DNA of 64,000 nucleotides from an uncultured Candidatus Bathyarchaeia archaeon (lineage in GTDB: Archaea; Thermoproteota; CALKCG01; B24): assembly GCA_964463005.1 (NCBI GenBank), contig CAYWZZ010000006.1, forward strand, positions 4,236-68,235, read 5' to 3'. The notes under the pieces were generated by a model. The model saw nothing but the letters and a program-made list of their open reading frames with translations, did no database searches and was not told the origin of the DNA. The number at the start of each line of letters is the position of its first letter. The stretch's first letter is position 1. This document shows positions 29,376 through 39,394 of this stretch, piece after piece. The position numbers and the translations under genes were made by a program.

Positions 29376-29690
29376 TTGAATAGAGTAGTCGCTGCGATAG
29401 GTTTAGGAGTAACCGTGATGGGGGTTATAGCCGCTCTTACAACACTGCAACCTGAGCTTTTAAATGTGCTCATCCCGATAATCCTCATAACGATTGGAGG
29501 TGTGGTAGCGGCGTCTTATAAGCTAAGTGAAGATTGGGGCTTCTACATGCTCTTATGGGGCTCTATGGTTGTCGTGTTGGGGGTTTTCTGGGCTATAGCC
29601 CAATACTATCCAATGTATATGAATACCTTAGCCTTCTTATACATCGCTTTAATAGGATTGGCTGTATTTTTAACTGGAGTGCGGAGTTAA
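29376..29690 (+). CDS. small membrane protein
   Basis: Three hydrophobic helices; ORF only. Confidence 0.3.
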   Translation: MNRVVAAIGLGVTVMGVIAALTTLQPELLNVLIPIILITIGGVVAASYKLSEDWGFYMLLWGSMVVVLGVFWAIAQYYPMYMNTLAFLYIALIGLAVFLTGVRS

Positions 29691-29783
29691 AAGGGGGTGT
29701 TAGCACACTCAAGATCCCGCTCATTAAATCGCCAGGGCCAGAGCTGCCATCCACCCCCATAAAATATGGGGGTTTAGAAGTAT

Positions 29784-30833
29784 TTAGGGTTTATGTTTTA
29801 ACGACTCTCTGAGGGCTTTTAGAGCGAAGTTCTCCCCCATATTGCTTAGGAAGTTTTCGGCTTTCTCGACGTTTAAACGTTTGGGAGAGCTACCAAATAT
29901 CCTCTTAAAGTTTTCAGAGTATATGTTTTTTAGGGCTTCATCTGGAAGTTTGAGGCCCATGAATGGTTCCTTATACCTGGTTAAGAGTTCGTCGGCAGAG
30001 TCTGGTGTGTAGAACTCCTCATCTGATTCCAAGAAGAGTCTTATCATCCAAACCCTTGTAGTAGCTTCCTCAACGGTCTGCCAATCCATTATATCCGTTC
30101 CAAATAATATACGGTTGCTGTATTTTATGAAGAGTTCTCTCCAATCATCCCTTCTACGAGAAATATTGTACATAAGCTCTATACCTAAGGAGAGGTCTAA
30201 GTTTGCATTCCCATATCTTTTAAGGAAGTCTTCGGTACGTTCAATGTCCGCCGTTAGAAAGTACATGTGAGCGAACACTATTTTAAGCTTGGGATGTTTT
30301 TCTAGAACATTATCCATCTCCTTGTACAGCTCCTCTTTAGCTGGGTAGTCAGCTCCGTAGGGTCCCCAGCCCCTCTTCTTAGCCCAATCCGGACATGTTT
30401 CCTCACACCAAAACTCTTCAGGGTCCGCAACGTGACATAGAACTGGGAAATTAAACTCTTCACATGCAGACCAGAAGCCTTCGAAAAGTGGGCTATCTAA
30501 TGGAGTTCTTCGAGCTCTAGGAGCTGGTTTAGAACCCATTTCTCCAACGCCGTCAAAACCCGCCTCCAATGCGTCTTCTACAAACTTATACCAGTTTGGC
30601 TTAGTCTTAGGATCCGGTGGCTCAGCACCAGCGTAGAAGACTTCGGAATTGACGGCTTTAAGATAGAGGCCTAGCCCATCAGCTGAGGCGTAAATCCGAT
30701 TAAGCTTTGAGATTTCAACGATCTTGAGGTATTTATCAGTCAAACGTTTAAGCTGATTTAAATCTTCTCCAGATCTAAAGTGGACGTGACAATCCCAAAC
30801 CTCAAAAGGTTTAAACCTTGTAAAATCTAACAA
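29784..30833 (-). CDS. amidohydrolase-2 family TIM-barrel metal-dependent hydrolase
   Basis: The CHVHF HxH motif, with downstream conserved His and Asp positions. Confidence 0.5.
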   Translation of the reverse strand: MLDFTRFKPFEVWDCHVHFRSGEDLNQLKRLTDKYLKIVEISKLNRIYASADGLGLYLKAVNSEVFYAGAEPPDPKTKPNWYKFVEDALEAGFDGVGEMGSKPAPRARRTPLDSPLFEGFWSACEEFNFPVLCHVADPEEFWCEETCPDWAKKRGWGPYGADYPAKEELYKEMDNVLEKHPKLKIVFAHMYFLTADIERTEDFLKRYGNANLDLSLGIELMYNISRRRDDWRELFIKYSNRILFGTDIMDWQTVEEATTRVWMIRLFLESDEEFYTPDSADELLTRYKEPFMGLKLPDEALKNIYSENFKRIFGSSPKRLNVEKAENFLSNMGENFALKALRESLKHKP

Positions 30834-31029
30834 CTAGACACCGAATAACAAATCTACATGCAACCTTTTTAAATGTACTTATAGCCTTTGAAGACCAATG
30901 TATCGGTTTAAACATATAACTGGCATGGAAAACGGTTTAACCGCTCTTCTCTCGTGAATAGTACGATGTAACGTTAGATGTTAAAGCTTAAAACTTGATG
31001 TCTCTCATGATGAATTTAGGTGAGCATTT

Positions 31030-31536
31030 TTGCTGAGAGAGGTTTCGGTAGAAGAGGCTTGGATGAGGAAATATCCTGAGAGAACTGTTTTAGTGGTTTC
31101 AGTGGATAGAGACGGTAGACCCAACATTATGACGCTCGGTTGGAATATGCCGACCTCTGTAAGACCTCCCATGGTGGCAATATCCGTTGGAAACTCAAGG
31201 TATAGTCACAAACTCATAAGTGAAAGTGGAGAGTTTGTCTTAGCTTTTCCAAGTGAAGGCATGGAAGATGCCGTCTTATTCTGTGGAACACACTCTGGAA
31301 GAAACGTAGATAAATTTAAAGCGACAGGTTTAACACCCGTTAAGGCTAAGTACGTAAAGCCTCCGCTGATAGGTGAAGCTACAGTGAATATGGAGTGTAG
31401 AGTCGTCAATGCTATTAAAACAGGAGATCATACAATTTTCGTAGGTGAAATATTAACAGCCTATGTTTCTGAAGACGATAAACCAGTGCTTTTCAACATG
31501 GGCAATTGCGTGTTTAAAGGATTCAAATACTGGTAA
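31030..31536 (+). CDS. flavin reductase-like FMN-binding domain protein
   Basis: RTVLVVSVDRDGRPNIMTLGWNMPTS...MVAISVGNSRYSH. Confidence 0.8.
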   Translation: MLREVSVEEAWMRKYPERTVLVVSVDRDGRPNIMTLGWNMPTSVRPPMVAISVGNSRYSHKLISESGEFVLAFPSEGMEDAVLFCGTHSGRNVDKFKATGLTPVKAKYVKPPLIGEATVNMECRVVNAIKTGDHTIFVGEILTAYVSEDDKPVLFNMGNCVFKGFKYW

Positions 31537-31596
31537 ACTATACAAAGTGATTTTCTTCCATCTACTAACGATTTAAAGGTAAAGTTTAAAATAATC

Positions 31597-31612
31597 GGTT
31601 TTAAACAATAAC
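31597..31612 (+). promoter_or_regulatory. candidate archaeal TATA box for tRNA-Asn
   Basis: TTTTAAACAATAA is centred about 26 nt upstream of the tRNA 5' end. Confidence 0.35.
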
Positions 31613-31629
31613 TGGGCAGAGGATCTATT

Positions 31630-31706
31630 GCCGCCGTAGCTCAGCGCGGTAGAGCAGCGGGCTGTTAACCCGTTGGTCGGCGGTTCAAGTCCGCCCGGCG
31701 GCGCCA
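31630..31706 (+). tRNA. tRNA-Asn (anticodon GTT), CCA encoded
   Basis: Acceptor GCCGCCG pairs with CGGCGGC. The anticodon stem GCGGG/CCCGT closes a loop CTGTTAA. The T-arm is GGCGG-TTCAAGT-CCGCC. Discriminator G, followed by CCA. Confidence 0.85.
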
Positions 31707-31779
31707 ACTTCTATTATTCATTACATAGACGTTAGAGACTTAAAGATGAGCAAGTATTTTCACCATTCTTTCAATGGTT

Positions 31780-32884
31780 TTAATTGGAAGTCTGTTTTAA
31801 GGTGTTGGGTTTTCTCTGTTTTGCGGATAAATATGCTTTCTCGATTATTTCTATTACGTGTCTAGCGTGTTCGCCTGATATCACTGGTTCTTTATCGTTG
31901 AGTATGCAGTCTACTAGATGCATTATATCTGAGTATATGTGTGCTTCAGGTAGTTTTACGTGAATTCCTGAAACGTATGGAAGTCTATTGGGGACTTCTT
32001 CAATGTAATGCCAACCGTCTATTTTACGACTCCAAACTTCTATACGGCCATACTCTAACTTTAACGCGCCTTCACTACCAGCTACGTGTAATCCTGAGAA
32101 GGATTCTCCATTGCCTATGCAGAAGGCTGAGTGTAGAAGGGCGAAAGTTGAATCTCCGAAGTCTAACAGTATAACAGTATTATCGTCTACTTCGACTTCA
32201 ACCTCTCTACCTAAGATCACTCTACGTTTAAGCCCTATACCAGACATAGCTGCAACCCTCTTAGCCGGACCCCCAATACTCCAGTTACTAGATGTAGAGC
32301 ATACACGCCCATGTCGTAAACGGGCCCCCGCCTCTCCGATAGTACCAGGAGGGGTCGATTTCTACGACAACATCTCCGGGTCTACGGAAGTCTTCAAACT
32401 CATGTCCTTCAGCTGTTGCGCCTGTTCTAGCCCAATAGACTTTACCTACAATACCGTCTTCCAACATGCTTCGAACCCTTTGAACGTCTCTTCTGAAGGC
32501 TATTCCAGGTGAAGCTACAAGCTTAACCTTGGCTCTATCTCTTTCACTTAGAAGATTATCGGCTTCTTCAACTGTTAAAGCCATAGGCTTGTTCAAGTGG
32601 ACGTGTATTCCAGCTTTAACGGCTTTTAAAGCCTGCTCGTAGTGTAGCTGTATTGGAGTGGCTATGGTAACGGCGTCTAAACCAGCTTTGGAAATCATAT
32701 CTTCATAGCTACTGTACCATTCATCAGCTTTAAAGCGTTCTCTACAGGCTTTAGCTCTCTCTTCAACCACGTCGCAGACCGCTGCGAGCTCAACCTTATC
32801 CTTTATGTCTTCCGCCGAGAGATGTGGAAGTATACCCCTCTGAGATACGCTTCCACAACCGACTACGCCTATTCTAACAGGCAT
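31780..32884 (-). pseudogene. Gfo/Idh/MocA family oxidoreductase with two frame disruptions at C5 homopolymers (32325-32329 and 32270-32274)
   Basis: The N-terminal Rossmann ORF is 32288..32884 (MPVRIGVVGCGSVSQRG...). The C-terminal ORF is 31780..32247. The bridging segment YDMGVYALHLVTGVLG is found only in the third frame, by manual translation. Confidence 0.6.
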
Positions 32885-32895
32885 GGGAACCTCCT

Positions 32896-33683
32896 CTACC
32901 AGTATTTCTTCATGAGTTCTCTTAGAAGGTTTAGATTCTCTTCCACTTTACTCCACTCATCTATCTCAAACATCCAGTACCAGTCGTAGTACTTCTTCAA
33001 CGCTTTAAACATAGCCTCATAGTCTACGTTCTCCAAATCCATCCTACCTGAGTGTAAAGCCACTATACGACGTTCGACAAGCTCTATCTCCTCGTGAGGC
33101 TTCATCGTCCCCCTAGGCCAGTAACAGTGCTCATAAACGCCTAAATGGTCGCTGGCTATCTCATCAACCATTCTACAGAGCTCTAAAAGCCCACCTAAAC
33201 CTAAACGAGCCCAAATCCCCCTTCAAGACCAAGCTTTACATCATAGGCTTCAGCAACATCTACTAGAGACAATAGCATGCTTTTAGCTTCATCCCAATTC
33301 TCAGCCTTACTCACACCAAAGTGTATAAGTAGAACCCTCCCACCTAGGTCAGCCGTTAACTTTATATCTTCCTTTAGAATCTCCAAGCCTCTACTCCAAT
33401 GTTTAAGCTTAGGGCAATATCGAGAGTAGCCCCAAGTCCGGTCAGAAGATAAACTAGCCAATTCAACACCGTAACTTCTACAAAGCTCAACAATCCTGCG
33501 TCTATCTTCAGTAGATAAGTCTTCAGACCAAGCTCCGAAATCATCACCCCACGGAGATCTAGGGTCTAGGCAAAGCTCAACACCATCCAATCCAAGCCTA
33601 GATACAAACTTTAAAGCCGGCTCAAAAGGATGTTCTCCGCCCCGTTCAGGCTTTGAGAAACTAACTCTTAAACCAATCTTCAT
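32896..33683 (-). pseudogene. xylose-isomerase-like TIM-barrel protein split by a -1 shift at the C5 run 33217-33221
   Basis: The N-terminal ORF is 33201..33683 and the C-terminal ORF is 32896..33171. Adding one base in the run gives a continuous ...DVKLGLEGGIWARLGLGGLLELCRMVDEIASDHLGVYEH... Confidence 0.5.
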
Positions 33684-33803
33684 AATTCCACAACCTCTAA
33701 TGTAGATAAGTAGTTAAGCTTTAACGTTAAAGTTAAGCGAAGCCCAACCATCAAGCCAGCTGAAAAGTTTAAGAGAAACCAGTGTAAGTAAAAACTTACA
33801 GAT

Positions 33804-33878
33804 GGGCCGGTAGATCAGCCTGGTATGATCGCCCCCTTGGCATGGGGGAGGCCGAGGGTTCAAATCCCTCCCGGTCCA
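33804..33878 (+). tRNA. tRNA-Ala (anticodon GGC)
   Basis: Acceptor GGGCCGG pairs with CCGGTCC, with the G3:U70 Ala identity pair. The anticodon stem CCCCC/GGGGG closes a loop TTGGCAT. The T-arm is GAGGG-TTCAAAT-CCCTC. Confidence 0.85.
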
Positions 33879-34365
33879 CTCCTAATTGAGTGAGAAAGAC
33901 TAAGAACATCATGACGACAATACTCAGATTTCTCCACAACCAGAATGAGAAAGTATAATGAAATCAAGCCTTCCATTTACAAGTTCTTTAGCAATTATGG
34001 CGACAAAAGATTCATCCTTAGCTTGAGAAAATACGAAACATAAATTCTCTCGCTACTCTTAATATCATCCAATTCCCCCTTTGACCTTTAAAACTTTTAC
34101 TTGCATAAAAGATTGACTCAAAAATTAAAGTTAACCAACAGGTAAATTAATAGAGGGATCAAAAAGCCGAGTAAAACTTTCGAAAATTTCCTCTTTACAA
34201 GGAAGATTAGAGGATTCCATCTAGCCTTGAATATATTTAAAAAAATAGCTTGAAAGTGGGAATAATGTACCATTCTAAGTCTCAATTTTAAAGGAGGTTT
34301 GAACATTTCTCCACCATCAACTTGAGCCTTGGAGCTAACTCCTTAGGTAGGTTTTCATCTTTCAA

Positions 34366-34626
34366 TCATTCCCTCATATGTGCCAACCTAAGTCTAACGT
34401 ACGCCAGGTCTTCCTTGTTTAGGGTATGTTTAATTTCGTATTCCACGGCTACAATGTGTGCTTCATAGGTAGTCTTTAAGTGACGGCTGACAATGGTCAT
34501 CTCGTTGATGGGTATACCTTTCTTCTTCAATTCACTTATCTCAATAACTTCATGTAGCATTAGAAAATCGCTACGTAAAACTTCTTTTAGTGTTATTCTA
34601 TCGCCACTGATGGCTTCACTGGTCAT
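34366..34626 (-). CDS. hypothetical protein
   Basis: ORF only; sits in an AT-rich, low-coding stretch after tRNA-Ala. Confidence 0.25.
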   Translation of the reverse strand: MTSEAISGDRITLKEVLRSDFLMLHEVIEISELKKKGIPINEMTIVSRHLKTTYEAHIVAVEYEIKHTLNKEDLAYVRLRLAHMRE

Positions 34627-34894
34627 GTAGTCGTAAAAATCTCTTGGAGATATATCTTCATAGTCGTAACCAAGGCTTCTAGCAATTTCGCCGCCCTTTT
34701 CAATTTAAGGGAGATCCCATCAGACGTGTGTAAACACTTACAGTAGAATTAAACTTGGGAGAATATTTAACATCTTTCATAATATGGAGACGAATTCATC
34801 GAACTGAGTCTATTATATAGGTTTTAGGTCTTCGTAAGATAGAGCCATACGTAGATTTAAATACAGGCGTGATTTAAAGTAAATTCGAGGAAAT

Positions 34895-35164
34895 ATGTCG
34901 GAAATCGAAAAGAAGATAGATGAATGTATAGAAGAGGTGAGCCAGTATAGGTTTTTCTCAGCTGAAGCTGAGATGGCTATAAAAAACTTTGAAGAGCTTA
35001 AAAAGCAGATAAAAAACTTGTCTAGGGAAAATATCGATGATCTTATAAGAGGAGTGGAGATGGGGTACCAAGCAGCCCTACCATATTCGGGTTTTCTCCC
35101 CACGACTGTGGCGAATTTAAAATTCATCAAAGAATGGCTTGAAAAGAAGAAGGAAGAACTATAG
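34895..35164 (+). CDS. hypothetical small charged protein
   Basis: ORF only. Preferred over the overlapping low-complexity minus-strand ORF 34813..35190. Confidence 0.3.
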   Translation: MSEIEKKIDECIEEVSQYRFFSAEAEMAIKNFEELKKQIKNLSRENIDDLIRGVEMGYQAALPYSGFLPTTVANLKFIKEWLEKKKEEL

Positions 35165-35225
35165 CTTTCAAAGAATCCATATTTTTCCATGCTAAGACTG
35201 TACGTTTAAATATCAATGTTAGGTT

Positions 35226-36134
35226 TTACGAGTTTCTATCGAGTAGATGGCCGCTACTGATGTATCGATCTCCTGAGTCTGGAAGTATGACGACTATAGT
35301 TTTACCTCTCCCCAGTTCCCTCGCTTTTTCAACCGCGACATGCACCGCCGCTCCTGAAGATATACCGACGAAAAGCCCCTCCTCTCTTATAAGCCTCCTA
35401 GTCATTTTAACAGCTTCCTTAAGGCTTATGTTAACCTTCTCATCTATAATCGATGGGTCGAATATTGGAGGGGTGTACTCTTTCAAGTTCGTCAAGCCTA
35501 GAATTGTTTCCCCCTCTAAAGGCTCTACTGCCACTATTCTTATGCTCGGATTGAATTCTTTCAGCCTCTTCCCAACCCCAACGATTGTCCCGGTTGTTCC
35601 AATACCAGCAACCAACATGTCTACTCTACCGCCAGTTTGCTCAATTATCTCACGCCCAGTAGTTTCGTAGTGCGTTAAGGGATTTAAAATTCTGTCAAAT
35701 TGACCAAGTAGAACGTACTTTCCGGGATTTTCTTCAACAATTCTACGTGCAAGTTTAATGGCTTCAACTTCGTCTTTAGTAAGTATAAGTTCTGCACCGA
35801 ACGCCTTCACCATAACTTTACGCTCCTCGCCAACGTATTCAGGCATCACTATCAAAGCCCCATAGCCTTTAACGGAAGCAACCATTGCTAAAGCTATTCC
35901 AGTATTGCCGGATGTAGCTTCAACAATCGTCATACCTTTAGTCAGTATCCCCTCTTCCTCCAATTTCTCAACCATGAATTTTACCATTCTATCTTTTATA
36001 GAACCTGCCGGGTTAAACTTCTCCAACTTCGCTAAGATGCAAGCGTCTCCTTCTCTAGTCAACTTTCTTATCCTCACCATAGGAGTGTTTCCAATTAAAT
36101 CTAAAATGCTGTCTACGACCTTCAAAACCTCCAC
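35226..36134 (-). CDS. cysteine synthase / O-acetyl(phospho)serine sulfhydrylase (PLP fold type II)
   Basis: GNTPMVRI...KLEKFNPAGSIKDR carries the PLP-lysine motif; 302 aa. Confidence 0.8.
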   Translation of the reverse strand: MEVLKVVDSILDLIGNTPMVRIRKLTREGDACILAKLEKFNPAGSIKDRMVKFMVEKLEEEGILTKGMTIVEATSGNTGIALAMVASVKGYGALIVMPEYVGEERKVMVKAFGAELILTKDEVEAIKLARRIVEENPGKYVLLGQFDRILNPLTHYETTGREIIEQTGGRVDMLVAGIGTTGTIVGVGKRLKEFNPSIRIVAVEPLEGETILGLTNLKEYTPPIFDPSIIDEKVNISLKEAVKMTRRLIREEGLFVGISSGAAVHVAVEKARELGRGKTIVVILPDSGDRYISSGHLLDRNS

Positions 36135-36266
36135 CTCGACTGCTTAATGATTATTCGGCTGTGCAATAATCCTAATCACCTGAAATATTAGTCTTATCCA
36201 TTCAACCTCTTTTTCAAAAACATAAAATTTTAAGTTTTAAAAGGATTTGTTTAAAAGGTTAACGCA

Positions 36267-36956
36267 TTGGTTTTCTTGAAAATCGACGTACACATTCACA
36301 CCTTTTACTCAGATGGGCGTGGAACGGTTAGAGAAGTTCTTAAAATCGCTAAGCTTAAAGGTTTAAATGGACTAGCTATAACAGACCACAATAGCCTTAA
36401 AGGGTATTTTGAAGCTAAGCTCTATGATAGCAGTTTACTGGTAATACCTGGATATGAAGTTGATACTGATGCGGGGCATGTACTTGTCTTGGGATTGGAA
36501 TTCCTACCCTCCGAAACGGAACGTATATGTTATGAAAGTCTAATAGAGTGGGTTAGACGTGTAAATGGGTTAATTATTCTAGCACATCCAGCCGCTGGAA
36601 GAGCCTCAATAAACAGGTGGATGCACTGTAAGCCGGATGCCATTGAAGTATTAAATGCTCTATATCCACTATATGGATATTTCGTCCGGAGAAGTTTGAA
36701 TATCGCTTCAAAACTCGGTATTCCAATGATAGGAGGAAGTGACGCCCATTATCCTCAGAGCGTTGGAGACTCCTACACAATCGTTAAGTTGGATAGCTTA
36801 AGCTTCGAAGACCTTATAGAAGCTTTTAAAAAGGGAGATGTATATTTCGGCGGAGGCTTATCGCCTTTTCCGTCAAGGCTTAAAACAGGTTTAGAATACA
36901 TAGTCTCCGCGGTAGTCGGCAGCGTAGGAGAAAGGTCAAAATACCTACGACTATGA
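36267..36956 (+). CDS. PHP-domain metal-dependent phosphoesterase
   Basis: IDVHIHTFYSDGRG ... ITDHN ... GGSDAHYP are PHP His/Asp motifs. Confidence 0.75.
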   Translation: MVFLKIDVHIHTFYSDGRGTVREVLKIAKLKGLNGLAITDHNSLKGYFEAKLYDSSLLVIPGYEVDTDAGHVLVLGLEFLPSETERICYESLIEWVRRVNGLIILAHPAAGRASINRWMHCKPDAIEVLNALYPLYGYFVRRSLNIASKLGIPMIGGSDAHYPQSVGDSYTIVKLDSLSFEDLIEAFKKGDVYFGGGLSPFPSRLKTGLEYIVSAVVGSVGERSKYLRL

Positions 36957-37169
36957 AGTCTTAAAAGAAATGGAAGATTAATGGAGAGTTATCCATCCAA
37001 TTTAACACCTTCAACGGCAGAAATCAGGAGGCTTTTCAGTCCGTTAAAATGGATATAAATATATGCCGTATACGAGAAGCCTGTTCGAAATCGTATATGA
37101 GAGGCTTCACCCTTAACTAAGATTGGAGAGCCTTCTTGCCAGTTTTAAGGTGAAAGCTTAAATCAGTAG

Positions 37170-37499
37170 TTACTCCGCTCCACTATTTACTTTAATCCAA
37201 TCGAATCGCGGTGAGAGACCTATGAGCATTAAACCCTCTAGAACTTCCTTAAACATCCAGTAGGGGTCTTCCTTTTCAATGATTAAAACTCTGCCTTTTT
37301 TAAGACCATTAAAGTGCTTCCTGTCCCTTGTTATAAGGACTGCTTCATTCGATTCTACAAATTGTCGAATGTGATTATCTTCTACATTTGGAGGATATAT
37401 GTCGTTTAAATGGTAAACGTTAACGTATCCTAGGACTTTAAGGTAAGCCTTAATATAGTATGGTATCATAGCATCGAGGACTATTACTGGCTCCTCCAT
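37170..37499 (-). CDS. hypothetical protein, possibly PIN-like/DUF5615-like
   Basis: ORF only; VLITRDRKHF is weakly reminiscent of Mut7-C/DUF5615. Confidence 0.25.
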   Translation of the reverse strand: MEEPVIVLDAMIPYYIKAYLKVLGYVNVYHLNDIYPPNVEDNHIRQFVESNEAVLITRDRKHFNGLKKGRVLIIEKEDPYWMFKEVLEGLMLIGLSPRFDWIKVNSGAE

Positions 37500-37575
37500 T
37501 CTTAAGTGGAAAGATGGAATACGGGTAAATAAATTTTGTACACTTTTTTATATAAAAAAATCTATTGATTTATAC

Positions 37576-39390
37576 TTAGCTCGAGCCGATTGAAGGCTGA
37601 ACTAGAACGCCGAACTGTGTTTCATAGAGCTTTGCATAAAGTCCTCCTCTCCTTAGAAGCTGTTTATGAGTACCCTCTTCAACGATTCTACCGTTATCTA
37701 AGACTATTATCCTGTTTGCAAGTTTAACGGTTGCAAGTCTATGGGCGATTATTATGCAGGTTCTCCCCTTTAGAAGTTTAACCATAGCTTCTTGAATCAT
37801 AGACTCTGTTCTTGAATCCAAACTGCTAGTAGCTTCATCGAGAATGAGAATTTTCGGATTCTTAAGCATAGCTCTTGCAAAACTTATAAGTTGCCTCTGA
37901 CCTACTGAAAGGTTCTCACCACCAGGGGCTACTACTGTATCGTAACCTTGGGGAAGGCTTTCTATAAGTTTTTCAAGACCCAGCGACTTAATAACGCCTT
38001 CAACTTGTTCTCTAGACGCTTCTGGAAATCCAGCTCTAATATTTTCGAGAACCGTATCGTTGAAAAGTATCGGCTCCTGAGGCACTAAAGCTGTAGCCTT
38101 ACGTAGAGACTTAAGGGTGAATTCTCTAAGGTCGTGACCATCAATCAATATACGGCCTTTCTGGGGGTCGTAAAGCCTCATTATGAGGTTTGCCAGCGTT
38201 GTCTTACCTGCACCTGTAGGGCCGACAATCGCTAGGATCTCCCCAGCTTTAACTTTAAAGCTTATGTTTTCAAACACGTTGTTTGAACCATAACTGAAAC
38301 TGACGTTTTCGACAACTATCTCACCATCATGGATTTCCAAATCTTTAGCGTAAGGGGTGTCTTTAACGGCCGGCTCTGAATTTAGGAAAGTGTAAACTCT
38401 TTCAGCAGCAGCTAGAGCAGACTGAAGAGTAGTATAGAACATTACAACCATCATTATAGGCCTGAAGAATGACTCAGTGTAACCGTAAAACGCTAAAAGC
38501 CCACCTATAGTAAACTCGTGTGAAACTATCAGTAAACCACCATAACCTACCAGTATTGCAAAAGATAGAGCTCTAATGGAGTCTAAAGATGGACGTATGA
38601 GTGAAGATATCAATATTGCCTTCACCCTCGTAGCCATCGTCTCACGACTTATACGTTCAAACGATTGAGCATCAATATGCCTACGCTCTGTAAATGCTTG
38701 AGCCACCCTGACGCCAGATACGCTCTGTTCAACACTACTGGTCAGTTGGCTTACCTTAACCCTAGTTTCTCTGAATACTTCACGAGCTTTCTTTGCGAAG
38801 AACTTTGTAAGAAGGAACATTATAGGTATTGTCGATGTAACGGCTAGTGTAAGTGTCAGATGCATAATTGCCATCATGTATATAGCACCAACTATCGTAG
38901 ATGCACTTACTAGGAATTCTATAGCACCCATTGAGACAACTTCACCTATCGCCGCTATATCGTTAGTGACTAAGGATATTATCCTACCAGATGGTCTTTG
39001 AGTTACATAGTGTACATCGATCTCCATTAAATGCTGAAAAGTCCTACGTCTTAAATCGAATAAAAGTCTCTGGTTTAGGTAAGCCGTTAAATATCTTCTA
39101 AGTGCCGTTAGAAGAGCCCCTGCGGCGATGGCTAAAATTGCTAAAATAGTATAGAAGACCAATGCGTTAACATCCATAGCTATAATTCCCTTATCTACTA
39201 TTAACTTACTAAGATACGGTGTTACTACGTTTAAACCTATGGTGACTATTGAAATTGCAACTATTGCTAAAACTGTAAATTTCATCGGTGCTAAAATCCT
39301 GAGAAGCCATTTAATTAGGGTGGGTGTTGGAACTTCAACTGGCTTCTCATCCGTAGCCCTTTCAGCATGATGCATAATATGCCAGACCAT
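37576..39390 (-). CDS. ABC exporter, fused permease-ATPase (MsbA/MdlB-like), subunit 2
   Basis: Six-TM domain followed by Walker A GPTGAGKTT, the signature LSVGQRQ and Walker B ILILDEATS. Confidence 0.85.
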   Translation of the reverse strand: MVWHIMHHAERATDEKPVEVPTPTLIKWLLRILAPMKFTVLAIVAISIVTIGLNVVTPYLSKLIVDKGIIAMDVNALVFYTILAILAIAAGALLTALRRYLTAYLNQRLLFDLRRRTFQHLMEIDVHYVTQRPSGRIISLVTNDIAAIGEVVSMGAIEFLVSASTIVGAIYMMAIMHLTLTLAVTSTIPIMFLLTKFFAKKAREVFRETRVKVSQLTSSVEQSVSGVRVAQAFTERRHIDAQSFERISRETMATRVKAILISSLIRPSLDSIRALSFAILVGYGGLLIVSHEFTIGGLLAFYGYTESFFRPIMMVVMFYTTLQSALAAAERVYTFLNSEPAVKDTPYAKDLEIHDGEIVVENVSFSYGSNNVFENISFKVKAGEILAIVGPTGAGKTTLANLIMRLYDPQKGRILIDGHDLREFTLKSLRKATALVPQEPILFNDTVLENIRAGFPEASREQVEGVIKSLGLEKLIESLPQGYDTVVAPGGENLSVGQRQLISFARAMLKNPKILILDEATSSLDSRTESMIQEAMVKLLKGRTCIIIAHRLATVKLANRIIVLDNGRIVEEGTHKQLLRRGGLYAKLYETQFGVLVQPSIGSS

Positions 39391-39394
39391 TGTT

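Noticed and set aside
29534-29812. A 92-aa ORF overlapping the small membrane-protein ORF 29376..29690 in another frame.
   Set aside because: It is an out-of-frame overlap with the more plausible TM-helix ORF and has no supporting features.
31003-31040. A C-box-like ATGATGA and a downstream CTGA that might form a C/D box sRNA.
   Set aside because: The spacing is about 25 nt, with no clear C'/D' boxes and no terminal stem. It overlaps the start of the flavin-reductase gene and cannot be supported without a covariance search.
31780-33683. Programmed frameshifting as the explanation for the split Gfo/Idh/MocA and TIM-barrel genes.
   Set aside because: The shifts are in both directions, at plain C5/G6 runs, and lack slippery-heptamer or stimulatory-structure features. 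Sequencing error or a pseudogene is far more likely.
34813-35190. A minus-strand 125-aa ORF overlapping the plus-strand ORF 34895..35164.
   Set aside because: Its sequence is low-complexity and Ser/Phe-rich. The plus-strand ORF has the more protein-like composition, so only one was kept, and at low confidence.
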